64,000 bases of DNA from Eledone cirrhosa (taxonomy: Eukaryota), in assembly GCA_964016885.1 (NCBI GenBank), contig OZ024740.1, positions 255,068,001-255,132,000 on the forward strand, written 5' to 3'. The translations under genes were made by a program, and so were the position numbers. The notes beneath the pieces were generated by a model, which saw nothing but the letters and a program-made list of their open reading frames with translations, did not search any database and was not told the origin of the DNA. This document shows, in pieces, positions 39,133 through 54,105 of this stretch. The first letter of the stretch is position 1. Each line of letters begins with the position of its first letter.

Positions 39133-40419
39133 CTATGGGAATCTATTTACAACGACCAATACCACCAAAGTGGTTTTTTTCCGTAGTTGTCGTGACAGAA
39201 TTTATTACTTGTATTCTTGTTGTTGTCGCTGCTGCTTGGCTTTGGAATTGGCTATCTAGTGGGGATGTAATTGTTGCCATTACTAGGGTATTGTTATCAC
39301 ATGTACTACAGCGGCCAATGTAGGCGATGTGGTCGGTGGTGTTGTTGGTGGTGGTGGTGTTGTGGTTGTCTTGAATGTAGCTGTCATCAAACTGTCTATA
39401 ATACCCTCTCTCAAAATTTCTTCCAACTATCTGTTGAAATCTAGCTACGCATAGATTATTGTCTGGTGCAGGTCCCCACCACGCAGTTGAAGGGTTATCC
39501 TTTTCGTAATTTACGACCCCAGTTCTGTGGGAGGTACATGTGTCCACATTCACTAATTGACACATAGATAGCGCTTCGCTCCGTAAATTGTAAAGACAAC
39601 GGCTAGGAAAGCCCCTTTAGGAACTTATATGTCGAAGGGGCGCACGAACAGAGGGAAGTGTTTTTTTTTTGTTTTTTTTGTTTTTTTCATGTGGCATATC
39701 ACAAAATCGGATTTTGATCTGAGGATACCGTTTTCATAACAACAACAAATGCATGAATTACATCTTGGATTGCATGAGAGAACCGTTGAAATAATTATTA
39801 TGAATAAACGATTTATGTAACATCATTATATTTATTAATGTTATTCTTATATATATATAAATTGAGAGAGAATAACCAAGTTAGATTTACAACATTCTAT
39901 ATACGTTTCAATGTTTAACAGCGGGCCATACCTCAATATACATTGGGAATTTAAATATTGCTATAAGGATCAACATTAAAACATGCAAAAGGTAATGTCA
40001 TACCAGAGATTAGACTCAGATATATGCGTTCAAATCACAAGGGACAGAAACCGCCAGGGTGAAGCGAACACTGTATTTCTTAAGAATGAAATCATTTCTA
40101 TAAGTGTACCTATTCTCTACTAACATAATATATATATATATAATTAGTTACAACAGTGACACATACAGGTAGTTAAGTTTCGTTTGGTTATACACCCAAC
40201 TCATTCAGCCTGTTATATAAAATAAAAATGGCTACTTCCACAGATTAATTAGAACATACAGTAGATGTATTGAAGGACAGGTAATTTCGAATTTAGCTAT
40301 AAATAAACAAATCTTTTAGGTAATGTAAAGGGAGGTAACTATCAAAGAACTGCAAAGAGGAGCATCTTGTGCAAAGTTAGTAAATCAAAGATATTAAATT
40401 CCTTGAAAATAAAAATCAG

Positions 40420-40870
40420 TTAATCTAGTCTATACATATTTCTCAGATTGAATTTCCCTTCGTGTGGAGAGTGACTAAAACAGTCGAGGCCGATATTTAA
40501 GTAGTGTTTCTCTGAAGCTAATTGCAAGAGTATATTCCACTTTTTCGAGTTATATAGCGGACAAAATTTTGTCCCATTTACATAGGGGTGGATACTCCAA
40601 TATACTCTATTTAATGGAAAATTCGGTGCTGTTATTTTTGAAGTTCCATACATGGTTCGCGAGCTGGGTGGCCTGTTTTTTGTCAGAATGTCTAAAGGTT
40701 GTTTCGTGGTTCAGGTACTGGCTTTTGAACTGGTTCTCAGACATTTCGACATAAAATCAGGGTTCAGTTTGGTGATTCTGTTTGGTGGAGGTCACTTCTG
40801 CATGATATATCACCGCTGGATTGTTGCACTGTTGATCTAGTGTGTATGTCTCTGGGCTTCTGCATGAGCA
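40420..40870 (-). pseudogene. Second Naiad-type Penelope GIY-YIG fragment
   Basis: Manual translation: QC..PAVIYHAEV..FYVEMSENQFKSQYLNH..TF..ATQLANHVW, then WSI.PYVNGTKFC.L..YLN...PH.GKF.L. Confidence 0.7.
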
Positions 40871-41897
40871 TCCGCAAGATGAAAGGCTTTTGCGTTTGCC
40901 AATGACGTGGGCTTTTATGTTACTGGTACAAGCCTATTTTCATTGAATGGTGATTGAATATCTGTCGGTACTTATTGCCTACAGGTAAGTGGAAATCAAG
41001 GAGGGCTAGGAATTTTCTACCTACATTGGTTGTCACATTAACTATAAGTGGTGACGCGAACTACACCTCGTTTTTACGTCTAGTCTGTTTCATCCTCTTT
41101 CTATATATATCTCGTCAATACCAACGGATGTCCGTTCCAAGCCACCCCCCCCTGGTCGTTTGGGTGGGTGTCTGGTGTGTTTGTTTATCATATGCTCCCT
41201 ATTAGGGACCCCATTCTTGTTAGGTCGACGTTGACAAGTTGTTTAATCCTTAACCTTTCCAATGATGCGGGTTACACACGAGGCGGCGAGGAGGGAGATG
41301 GGAGTGGGGGCGTATCAGCGTGTTTCATGCATATTGACTATAATAAGACACTGACACCACAGCCACCACGACTACCACCACCACAACAACCACCACCACC
41401 ACCACCACCACCAACACCACCACCGCCACCAACAACAACAATAACAACACCAACACCACTACCACAACAGCAACTATCGACACCACCTCCCTAACTACAA
41501 TACCCTCTCCTCAACTTCTACCACAACCCTACTCCAACACATCAACCACAACAGCCCTAATCACCGCACCATAACCGCAACTACTTCCAATACAGCCACA
41601 AATATGACACCACCATCTCTAACGTAACCATATTTTCATCATCATTAAGTTAATTACCACCGCTAACAGTACCACCATAACAACAACCAGCCCCATTAAT
41701 CCCCATCTCCACCACCACTATAACTCCAACCAATACCGCAACTGCAAACACCACCATCACCGCCAATTGAGATGAAATAGGTGCGTCGTAATGTTATGGC
41801 ACGGGGACTAACCCTTGCTTGATCTTGAAGCTGGAGGTTCTTTTGTCAACCCCAGTAACCAAGACCTGTCACGCCGTTTATGTGTATATATATATAT

Positions 41898-41936
<39 letters not shown>

Positions 41937-42033
41937 ATATATAATAAATTGAAGTGAAAGCAACTGGTGCGTGTGTTTCTTATTGGCAACATGACCCTCC
42001 CAAAGTATAACAATATATATATATATATATATA

Positions 42034-42225
42034 ATAGGAACCAGTAAGACCCCGACAGCTGAGCTCAAGCCGTTTCGACGGCTAATTCTGGACTGAATTA
42101 GCCGTCGAAACGGCTTGAGCTCAGCTGTCGGGGTCTTACTGGTTCCTATTACCCACTCTACTACCTCAAGTATTGAGTACTTTGGTGCGTTATGGTCCAC
42201 CTGGTTCCTTACCACATTTCCTTCG

Positions 42226-42228
<3 letters not shown>
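42034..42228. repeat. ~200-bp fold-back repeat family, copy 1, in (TA)n
   Basis: ~55-bp inverted arms around TGGACT plus a shared ~80-bp flank; other copies 47022, 59622, 61692. Confidence 0.85.
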
Positions 42229-42305
<77 letters not shown>

Positions 42306-42350
42306 CGTAAGATAAGAAAATTATAAAATTAACTTACTTACTAAAATATC

Positions 42351-42432
42351 ACTTCCAACTAATTAGTTTCTGGAATGGAGTAGATACATCTTCCGAAGAA
42401 GGTGTAGAGAAACATCCCGTCATCAGGAAAGT
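42351..42432 (-). ncRNA. Hammerhead ribozyme motif with extended stem II
   Basis: ACUUUC-CUGAUGA-C-GGGAUG..CUUC-UUCG-GAAG..CAUUCC-A-GAAA-CUAAUUAG-UU-GGAAGU. Confidence 0.65.
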
Positions 42433-42787
42433 CTATTCTCATATAAGTTTCCAGGCAAAGCGAGAACTCTGGAAGCTTATTAAAAAATAAATCAGTGAAT
42501 AGGAAATAGCAAAGCGTGGACTTACTTCCTAGCCATTGAGAAAATCACTGCCTCTGTGTCTGTGGCAAATTCAAAAAGAATCAAACACGTGACATCGAGG
42601 TCAATCGGTGGAAAGTGGGTTGTTAATAAGACAGCGGCCAGCCTACTACCGTAGCAGCAGTCATGGCCAGTATTGCTCGACAAATATTTTGGAGATAATA
42701 ATAAAGAATTTATATCTAGTAACATATATATACATACAAATGCATATCGATGCTAGCAAATATATGCATTTGTATGTATATATATGT

Positions 42788-42825
<38 letters not shown>

Positions 42826-43183
42826 TGAGAAAAACCACAGACCCTCCATCTCAACTCTACTTTTGAAAAGCAGAAGAACTGCGAAACCGGTAAAGGAACT
42901 AAATAAATATATATATATTTTTTTAAATAAGACTCCAGTTGCATTTTCGATTTCATCTCTTTTTCTCTTTATACTTTCACTCGTGTAGGACACCTCGGTT
43001 ATTTTTCATTTTGTAAAAAAACCTCACTTTCTAATATATATGTATATATATCGCACCAACGTGAGGTATATGATTTTTAATGCGATGAAATACCAATGAT
43101 CGTTGGCAAATCACTGATGAGGGACTCATTTTATAACATGTAATCCATGTGCAACCCTGCAGTATTCTTCTCCCCATATTTTT

Positions 43184-43244
<61 letters not shown>

Positions 43245-43419
43245 GATAACAAGTTATCGTTATAGATAAACCAGTTAGAGGTTGAAATGAAACAATTGTT
43301 AATACCTGAAATAAAGCCCCTGAAATAAAGCCCCTTGTTGTACAGCCAAGCATGTTACTCTTCATTCTTAACCATCTACTTAACCATCTACTATGTCAGG
43401 GTATGTCATGCATCATCTT

Positions 43420-43484
43420 ATTTTATCTGATGAGGACGTACTGTTGAAGTTAGCTCAGTACCTCTGAAATATGTATAATAAAAT
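43420..43484 (+). ncRNA. Minimal type I hammerhead ribozyme motif
   Basis: AUUUUAU-CUGAUGA-GGACGUACUG..CAGUACCUCU-GAAA-UAUGUAUA-AUAAAAU; perfect 7-bp stem I. Confidence 0.8.
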
Positions 43485-43527
43485 ATACTTGATCACAATG
43501 AAGTTCTATTTTTGTTAATATTTTGAA

Positions 43528-43594
<67 letters not shown>

Positions 43595-43599
43595 AGCGA

Positions 43600-43789
43600 A
43601 GCAAAGCAGGCTCTCAGGAGGAAGCGCCCCGACAACATGGGAAATTTTAGTCCTATCTGCCGAAATATGGTGTGTTTCAAATTGGGCCTCGATGAATCTG
43701 AACCAAATGGTAGGATCATGAAGCCAGAATGTCGGTATCCGCAGGGATATTGCTGCTTGTACGGACCATGATGCTGGTGATTGTTCCAT
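43600..43789 (-). pseudogene. Gypsy LTR-retrotransposon gag N-terminal fragment
   Basis: LRIPTFWLHDPTIWFRFIEAQF..ISADRTKISHVVGALPPE matches the LPxFW..P..WF..EAQF..TKF..V..LP motif of Gypsy gag. Confidence 0.7.
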
Positions 43790-45156
43790 ATTGCTGGGTG
43801 ATTATCATTGGTAATTATAGATGGCTCAGAAAGCTGCGTGTTCAAAAGGCTATGAGGGGAAAGAAAAGAAAAAAATAGTGAGGAGAGAGGAAGAAAGAGG
43901 AAAAAGAAAAGAGGAAAAAACGAAGTAAACTATCCATCTATCCATCTGCTCGTTTTCGATCGTTTACGACACGTTTCACATATATCGCAAAACTCTTTTG
44001 GTTTCGATCGTTTACGACATGTGGGAAACATGTAAAACTCTTTGGGATTATCTCCCTTTCCCTTCACCCTCTCACTTCCGTTGCTCCGTCTCTTTCTTTC
44101 TCTCTCTCACTCTGCTGAGATCGCACGGAACTACATTGATCCTAGTTATTGCACCACAAGACTTAAGTCTAATTGGTTCGTTGTAACTTATTCTATTTTC
44201 TCCTCGGTTACTCACTTGCATGTTCCATTGTCCTGTGTCACCTCTCCATTCGGTTTGTTTACTTCGTTTTTCCTCTTTCTTTTTTCCTCTTTCTTCCTCT
44301 CTCCTCACTATTTTTTCTTTTCTTTCCCTCATGGCCTTTTGATCGATAAAAGCCTTGGGCGCGCTGCTGATCGCTTACGAAGTCCTCTTTTAAGCGCCGA
44401 AACATCTATGATCTGCAGTTAACAGCTGATGAAGGGGTTCTTCTCTTGTTTCGTCCATTTTACCATCTTAAACTTTGTTTACAGTAGCCACACAGCCCGC
44501 TTCGTTTCTTGTAATTATATATATATATTAACGTGGTATCTTTTAAGGCAATCCAAGTAGAGGTTATGAATACTCTGTATCGTGGATGGTTCTATCGTTC
44601 GGCGTTATTTAACTCGACAAGATGTTTACTTAGTTGTGGTGTTCGGGTGACCGATTTCACACAGTTCCTAGGTAAGCGGTTCCTGGAGTATTAATAATGA
44701 AGGAGTGAAGAATAACACGGATCGGCTATACAGTAGGGTATGTACCAATCATCCATTATAGCCACTTTCATTTTCATTAAAAAAAATAAAATAAAAATGG
44801 CGTAGACACTACAATACATACGATACAGCAGAGGAAACATGATAATAGTACCACTGATGATGTTGCAGATGTGCAACGAAAGAACTTTGATAGACTATAT
44901 ATATATATGTATTTATATCTGTATTTTTTACCGTTGGTCAGTCAATGATAGACATTGATGGACAAATGAATTAACTATGGAGATATAAAAGTTACAGAAG
45001 CGAAAATCAACCAAACAGTGAGTGTGTTCTGTTATTATTTCTGGCAATATTATTACAACAATATAACCCTCCCCAAGTATAACAATATTTGTTTCGACAC
45101 ACGATTTCATATAAAAAAAACCTTGCAAAACAAATTCATTGCCGCCATTATATATA

Positions 45157-46893
<1,737 letters not shown>

Positions 46894-47021
46894 TTATATA
46901 TATATATATATGTAAGAGGTAAACAGAAATGACAACACAATCGGTACAGTATATGGAAGGGATATATTAGGTTAACGCTTGATATAACAGGAAGAGGGTT
47001 TAACGTTTCAGACGCTATATA

Positions 47022-47219
47022 TATAACGAAGGAGATGTGGTAAGGAACCAGATGGACCATAACGCACCAGAGTACTCAATACTTAGGGTAGTAGAGTGGG
47101 TAATAGGAAAATGTTTAACCCCGATGGCAGAGCTCAAGCCGTTTCGACGGCTATTTCTGGACTGATCCAGAAATAGCCGTCGAAACGGCTTGAGCTCTGC
47201 CGTCGGGGTTAAACATTTT

Positions 47220-47224
<5 letters not shown>
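47022..47224. repeat. Fold-back repeat family, copy 2
   Basis: Arms 47103-47161 and 47166-47224; (TA)n flanks. Confidence 0.85.
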
Positions 47225-47257
<33 letters not shown>

Positions 47258-47309
47258 ATATAGAAAGGCTTCTGCAGGACTAGAACTGTTTCATTCCGGA
47301 GAAATCAAT

Positions 47310-48754
47310 TGCAGTGAACTACCGTCCGATCTCACTCACCTCTCATATCATCAAGGTATTTGAGAAGGTGGTGAGATCACGAATAACTCACTTTCTCGAA
47401 AGCAACGGACTGCTGAACTCCAGCCAGCATGAGTTCCGTAATGCAAGGGACTGCCTAACGCAGCTCCTGCATCACTTCGATGATATTTTGAGAGCCTTGG
47501 GAGAGGGCTCCAACACTGATATCATCTACCTTGATTTCAGCAAGGCCTTTGACAGGGTTGATCATAAGATTCTATCGAAAAAAACTATCCAATGTTGGTG
47601 TCTCTGGAAAGTTACTACAGTGGATCAAATGTTTCCTGACAGACAGAGCCCAACATGTTGTAGTCGGAGTAAAATCAAGCCCAGCCAAAGTCAGCAGTGG
47701 CGTCCCATAAGGCACTGTGTTGGACGCACTTCTTTTCATTATCTACATTAATGACATTACTGACATCATCAAGCACAGCAACATAAGAATCTTTGCAGAT
47801 GATTCCAATATCCGGAAGGTCATCAATGAAGTGGGTGACCGGACTTGCCTTCAGTCAGACCTACTGGTTGTTATCCAATTGGCAGAAAAGTACAATATGT
47901 TGCTGAATATGGATAAATTTAAGTTAATCAACTTTGGAAAAGAGGATGCCCTGAAACTCTCATACTCTCTTCCTTCAGGTGAAACTCTCGTGGCATCCAA
48001 CAACATCAGAGTTACTTGGGAGTAATTGTTGATAACAACATAAGCTGGGCCACTCATATAAACAGCAAAGTTGACATGGCCCGAAGAATGTGTTCCTGGA
48101 TTCTCAGAACCTTCCAGTCGAAAAATATCCACACAGTTATCCTTCTCTTCTCCACTTTTGCCCGACCCCACCTTGAATGCAGTTGTCCACTGTGGTCTCC
48201 CCACACGAAACAAAGTATCATGAAAGTTGAAGCACCTCAAAGGTCAATTACAAAAAATATAAATGGCATGACAAGCTTTGACTATTGGAGTCGATTAGGA
48301 AAGCTGAACATTTATTCTCTCCAACGTCGCCGTGAGCACTACATTATGTGGAAAATACTCCATCAGCATTGCCCAAATTATGTTGGAATCACCTTTAAGG
48401 TACACCCAAGGCTTGGGCCCCGTGCTATCCGCCCACGACAAATATCTCACTCGCAACTCATAACAACAATACGGCACAATTATTTCACCTCAACTGGCCC
48501 AGCTCTCTGTAACATTACACCAAAACACATAAAACGGAAACAGACCACATAAAGTTCAAGAAGTCTTTGGACAAATTCTTTCATGAAATTCCCGATAAAC
48601 CTCCTACACCCGTATATGTCTCCGTAAACAATAACTCTCTACTTGAGTGGGCCATGGTGTCCAAATCCTGATTTGAAAGACTTCGCCAGGTGGTGCTATT
48701 AAGTTAGACATGGCCTGGGCCAATACTGGCCGAAACCTATCAAAGCTATCAAAG

Positions 48755-48755
<1 letters not shown>
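47310..48755 (+). mobile_element. CR1-group LINE, 5'-truncated, degenerate RT
   Basis: NYRPISLTS, YLDFSKAFDRVDH, LFIIYIND, IFADD, RPHLE..WSP, YSLQRRRE; short-repeat tail (CTATCAAAG)2. Confidence 0.85.
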
Positions 48756-48800
<45 letters not shown>

Positions 48801-48808
<8 letters not shown>

Positions 48809-48914
48809 AAGGCTTCTACAGGACTAGAACTGTTTCATTCAGGAGAAATCATCAGCTTTCTGATAATTTCTCCCGAATGACTCAATTCTAGTCCTGTAGA
48901 AGACTCTTCTATAT
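48801..48914. repeat. Fold-back repeat with hammerhead-like core (family also at 33361, 47258, 51838, 56879)
   Basis: Inverted arms; one strand reads CUGAUGA-UUUCUCCUGAAU-GAAACAGUU. Confidence 0.7.
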
Positions 48915-49041
48915 TAAATATTTATACTCTGCTTTGTATTGAGTACCTTACTTACTGTGGTTACCCCCCCCCCCCCATTGAATCCGGGATAAACTTATAT
49001 ATATATATATATATATAATATTGTTTATTATACATTAAAAG

Positions 49042-49084
<43 letters not shown>

Positions 49085-49098
49085 GTATAATAAACGAT

Positions 49099-49301
49099 AC
49101 AATATAATTACCTCATTACCAAAGGTTTCCCGAATAAGACGAATACAAGAAACGTCCGCATTATTCGTCAGACAAGGCAATTTAAAACATAGTGAAATAT
49201 TTGAAAAATCTCCTCAAGAAAGGCTAAAAGTTTAACGAATGCGGACGTTTCTTGTATTCGTCTTATTCGGGAAACCTTTGGTAATGAGGCAATTATATTG
49301 T
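49099..49301. repeat. Inverted repeat, ~64-bp arms with ~75-bp spacer
   Basis: ATTACCTCATTACCAAAGGTTTCCCGAATAAGACG..CGCATT versus its reverse complement at 49238-49301. Confidence 0.8.
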
Positions 49302-49703
49302 ATTGTTTATTATACATTAAATATTTAGCTATGTAACTTACATAGAGCACTCTTCATTCCTCTGACTTTTTCAATTTTCAACGGAAACTTCAATACTTAT
49401 ATATATATATATACTACAGAGTAAAGCATGTCCAGAGAATTATTTGATAATATATATACATCATCTCTACTCCCAATCAGCATAATTAACCACACAAAAA
49501 ATCAATTAGACCAGGATATAAGAATAAAAGGCACCTATGAAGAAACAGTAAATAAATACGCCACAGCAGCGTCTTCACGCCCAACCGCTATAGAATATTT
49601 ACCCAACATTTCAACAGCACGTGGACATTAATTAAATATACGGTCAACCATACATAATTAGGTAAAATTAAAGTTAGAAATGCTTATATACATATATATA
49701 TTA

Positions 49704-50901
49704 CAGGGAAAAATGCGGGCGCATGTAAAGAAATATTCTTAAATTAATAAACCTAGAAAAGTAAAGGACAAGTTATTACACCTGGAAAAGTAAAGGACAA
49801 GAAAACTTCTTCTTAAAACTTCTTAAAATATTGCAGCTATAGTATAAATTTGAATAATAGAAAATATTTGATTTAAATATACATAGAAAGTGATAAATTC
49901 TAATAATACAGTTGACTCTCTAATTGATAATAATACTAATTTATGATCATTTATTTAATTTTGTGATCCTAATTTACACCATAGTGGTTGGGTCATTAAA
50001 TAAATATACTTTATTTTACTTTACTAAATGGGACTGAAAAAATGAGTGACAATTATAAACATCAAATAAAACAAAATTTTGGCGTGTAAATGACACTAAC
50101 AATTAATTAATAATTAATTAGGGAGCCAACTGTAATGATGAATAATAACAAATTATAATTGTTTAATAATGAAATTTAAGACCTGTCAGAGATCAAAATA
50201 ACCAATCTACATTTTTAGGTAGAGTAAAATTAGACTACAATTAAAAATTAAACATTGTCTAATTCAACAATTCATCTAATGAATTGATGAATTCACTATA
50301 ATTGATTGATTCACTATAAATGAATAATTGATGAATTGACTTTTACCTAATTTTGCCCCTTGAGATGTTGAATTTTACTATATTATAAAAAAAATCTGTA
50401 ATACTCATAAAAAGTGCAATTATATGATGCACTGTTTTTGATTTATTTTACTGCATTATTTTATAACTAAATTTTTTAAAATATAATTTGATTACGAGTG
50501 AAAATTTTTAAATATCTTATAACATAAATTAATAAATTGTACATATTAATTATTATTATTATTATTAATTAATTATTGTACAAATTATTGTACAAATTTT
50601 ATTTTAAAAAGATTAATTTGTATACACCAAGAAAAAAATTAAGTATACAGTAGTCAACTCTCTCTATAAGACAGTCATTTTTCCAGTCCTTTAAAGTGAT
50701 ATTTTTTTAACAATTAACTTATAATTATTTATTTTTAGTTTTATAATCTAAATATTTTTTTTCAAATTTAGACTTTAGCTGCAATATTTTAAGAAGAAGT
50801 TTTCTTGTCCTTTACTTTTCCAGGTGTAATAACTTGTCCTTTACTTTTCTAGGTTTATTAATTTAAGAATATTTCTTTACATGCGCCCGCATTTTTCCCT
50901 G
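49704..50901. mobile_element. Non-autonomous Tc1/mariner-type DNA transposon (MITE-like)
   Basis: TA|CAGGGAAAAATGCGGGCGC...GCGCCCGCATTTTTCCCTG|TA; TIR over 110 bp with an internal direct repeat GAAAAGTAAAGGACAAG; very AT-rich core. Confidence 0.85.
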
Positions 50902-51014
50902 TAATTCACTTTTTTTCCGGGCAATGCAAGGATATTATATTAATATTAATAATATTTATCAACAAATAAGTTAAATAAATAATAATGAATAGGAAGAAGT
51001 GCAGATAGGAAAAG

Positions 51015-51087
51015 TAATCAGGGTGGGAATCGAACCCACGACCTTCGGATTGCCGGTCCGCTGCTCTACCGACTGAGCTACCTGACC
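51015..51087 (-). tRNA. tRNA-like sequence, nominal anticodon GGC; probably a pseudogene or SINE head
   Basis: Cloverleaf GGUCAGG/CCUGAUU, D arm GCUC/GAGC, T arm GUGGG-UUCGAUU-CCCAC; C at position 33 and a G-A mismatch in the anticodon stem; TTTT immediately downstream. Confidence 0.55.
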
Positions 51088-51391
51088 ACAATTAGCTATT
51101 GCACAATCTATCACTATTTTAATGTATTAGAAATTAGAAACAAACTAAGCGTTACTTATGTATGTAGTTCCTTACACTCTTTTGGTCCTCACTTATTTTT
51201 ATGTAACTTTTTTTCTACTGAACCAAATTTCAATATTTTTATGTCAAAAAGTAGCTTATCTGTGGTCCTATAAAGTGCAACAAATCGCATCCAATTCTAT
51301 CAAAAATTGAATTAGTGACAAAGCTTTGAAGGTGTCGCGAGTGACCGAAATGGGACCTTAAGAATATTATACACCTACTACCGTAGGTGTA

Positions 51392-51444
<53 letters not shown>

Positions 51445-51447
<3 letters not shown>

Positions 51448-51765
51448 GATATTAATAAATGGAAATTATATTTATAAAACCATATTTATTTTATTATATA
51501 TATTTCAAGGGTACCAAAATTTTGGTACGCTCTCATGAGATAAAATAAAAAAATAGTTTTATAACCCTAACCCTAACCCTAACCCTAACGGAAGAAACTA
51601 GACCTTATCGGTTCAGGTCTGGTTTCTTGGAAATGTCACCATTTATAAAACAAATTTTGTATTTTATCTGATGAGAGCGTACCAAAATTTTGGTACCCTT
51701 GAAATATATATAATAAATTAAATATGATTTTATAAATATAATTTCAATTTATTAATATCATTGAT
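51445..51765. repeat. Fold-back Penelope-type repeat with a hammerhead motif (51661-51718) and (CCCTAA)4 in the spacer
   Basis: Arms ~51448-51547 and ~51661-51761; same family as 33075-33230. Confidence 0.8.
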
Positions 51766-52469
51766 ATTATACTCCAGAAAACTTGTAGAGTGCTTCGAAT
51801 CTATTATAAATAAATTTGCTTATATATATATATAAACGGCTTCTACAGGACTAGAACTTTCATTCAAAGCAAATCATCAGGAAAGTCCCTTTGAATTAAA
51901 CAGTTCTAATCCTGTAGAAGCCATTTCTATATTAAATATTTATACTCTGCTATGTAGGAGACCACAAACAGAGACACAAAAAGTCTTATTAGTTTCATGC
52001 TTTATATTGGAAAGAGGAGAGTTGGACGTGTCGGGATTAAGCCCTTCTTCAGGAGTTCAAATAGAGACAAGATCAAAATGGAGAAACAGAGAGAGGGTCC
52101 TGTAATGACACACACACACACAAAAAAAAAACGAAATTAAAGAGGGTAAACAAGAAAGCGGTTAGGTGTTCTTGGTAACGAGTAGGAACGCGAAGTGGAG
52201 TGTGTGTGCATGAGTATCGTTATATGTGTGAATGTAAGTGTAAGTTTAAACGTGTGTGATTTTTTAAGGTAAAATTTGTAAAGTTACGCAAGTTAGTGAT
52301 TGTAGGCGTATATCCATGTGTTAGTGTTAGTGGACATTTATGTATGAGTGAATGTAAGTGTGTACTGTATATGTGAGTTGAAGTAATTTTGTGCGTGTGT
52401 ATAAAATCTCGGTAGTGTAACGTATGTCCGTGAGACATGTATTATAATATATATATATATATATATATA

Positions 52470-53400
52470 AGATCAAAAGATGGTTAAAAGAGTTCCATGT
52501 ATTTTATTATGCGCATTTCAAAAACAAATATCATCATGCAATAATATTTGTGTTTTCATCAGATAAAATAGGAAGACATGCTATGAAGGTTAAAAAACAC
52601 TTGTGAATAGTGCAGTTTTGAATCAACATATGAGAAGTAGTTTTAGATTGATGTGTGATATTGGGAAAACATTTTTTTTGGAGGGGGGTGGGGTAGAAAG
52701 GATGAAAAAGAGGAGGAGATGAGAGTAAAAAGTGGAGGGGGAGGAGTATAATGAGGAAGGATGAGATAGGAGGAGAGATGGGTGATAGAGAGAGAGAGAT
52801 AGCTTTTATAACTGAGAAAAATATATTGTTTTACATAGAGAGGTTGAAAAACCGTTGGAAGATAATGTATAAATTAAAACAATTTGAAAATTAACGAAGA
52901 GAAAAATAATGTAAAGTTAAGGTTTGTATATTGAAGGGTTTAATAATATGTGCGATGAAAAGAAAATGTTAATATGTATTAAGAATAATATTTAAGGGTT
53001 TAATAATATGTGCGATGGAAAGAAAATATTAATATGTATTAAGAATAATTGTTTCTACTTTAGGCACAAGGCCAGCAATTACCCAGTGCATTATTGGTAC
53101 TTTATTTTATTGACCCCGTAAGGATGAAAGGCAAAGTCAACCTCGGCGGGATTTGAACTCAGATCGTAAAGGGACGTAACTATGCTGGAAAGCATGGCGT
53201 CCGACCCTCTACCGATACTGCCAATCCACCGCCCTTTCATGTATTAAGAATAATATTTAAGGGTTTAATAATATGTGCGATGGAAAGAAAATGTTAATAT
53301 GTATTAAGAATAATATTTAAGGGTTTAATAATATGATGATATTTGTTTTTGAAATGCGCATAATAAAATACATGGAACTCTTTTAACCATCTTTTGATCT
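52470..53400. mobile_element. TIR element (MITE-like) in (TA)n with an internal ~60-bp tandem repeat and a SINE insertion
   Basis: ~68-bp inverted termini AGATCAAAAGATGGTTAAAAGAG...; TA on both sides. Confidence 0.8.
53044..53238 (-). mobile_element. Full-length SINE copy with a 16-bp TSD
   Basis: ATGTATTAAGAATAAT at 53034-53049 and 53239-53254. Confidence 0.9.
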
Positions 53401-53493
53401 TATATATTATGTATACTCCAGTCCTACAAACTGTAGAGTGCTTCTTATCCGATATCTGCATTGCTTTATTGTACTACAATAAAACTCACCTCC

Positions 53494-53661
<168 letters not shown>

Positions 53662-53819
53662 CGGCGATGAATTAGTGTTGCGAGGTTTTTTAAAAAGACA
53701 CAGAAGCGAAAAGCGAAAACCAACCAGACAGTGAGTGTGTTCTGTTATTAATTCTGGCAATATTACACAAATATGACCCTCCCCAAGTATAACAATATAT
53801 ATATATAAATATTTGTCCA

Positions 53820-54105
53820 CGTGCCTGAATGAAGGGCCAGTTTCAAAGTGCCTCTTTCATTATACACTAGTGGCCATGACTGAACTATATAGAAAACCCT
53901 ACTATACAATGCTGGTACATAAGTTTGATGCTTGTTATATACATACACAACGGGCTTCTGAAATTTCTCTCAACCAAATTTCTCTCACAGGACATTGGTC
54001 AACTCGAGGTTATAGTAGAAGACATTTGACCCAGGTGTCGTGTAACGGGATTGAACCTGGAACCATGTGGTTGTGTACCGAACTCCTTAACCACACAACC
54101 TTGCT
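53820..54105 (-). mobile_element. Third tRNA-derived SINE family, diverged
   Basis: Minus strand GGTTGTGTGGTTAAG..GGTTCAATCCC.. then TCTTCTACTATAACCTCG. Confidence 0.6.

Noticed and set aside
43110-43165. Hammerheads at CTGATGA 43114, CTGATGA 44426 and CTGAAGA 55611
   Set aside because: No correctly placed GAAA or stem III found by eye.
49850-50770. AT-rich core as a mitochondrial insertion or transposase remnant
   Set aside because: No recognisable gene, ORF or tRNA; it lies between the TIRs of a non-autonomous element.
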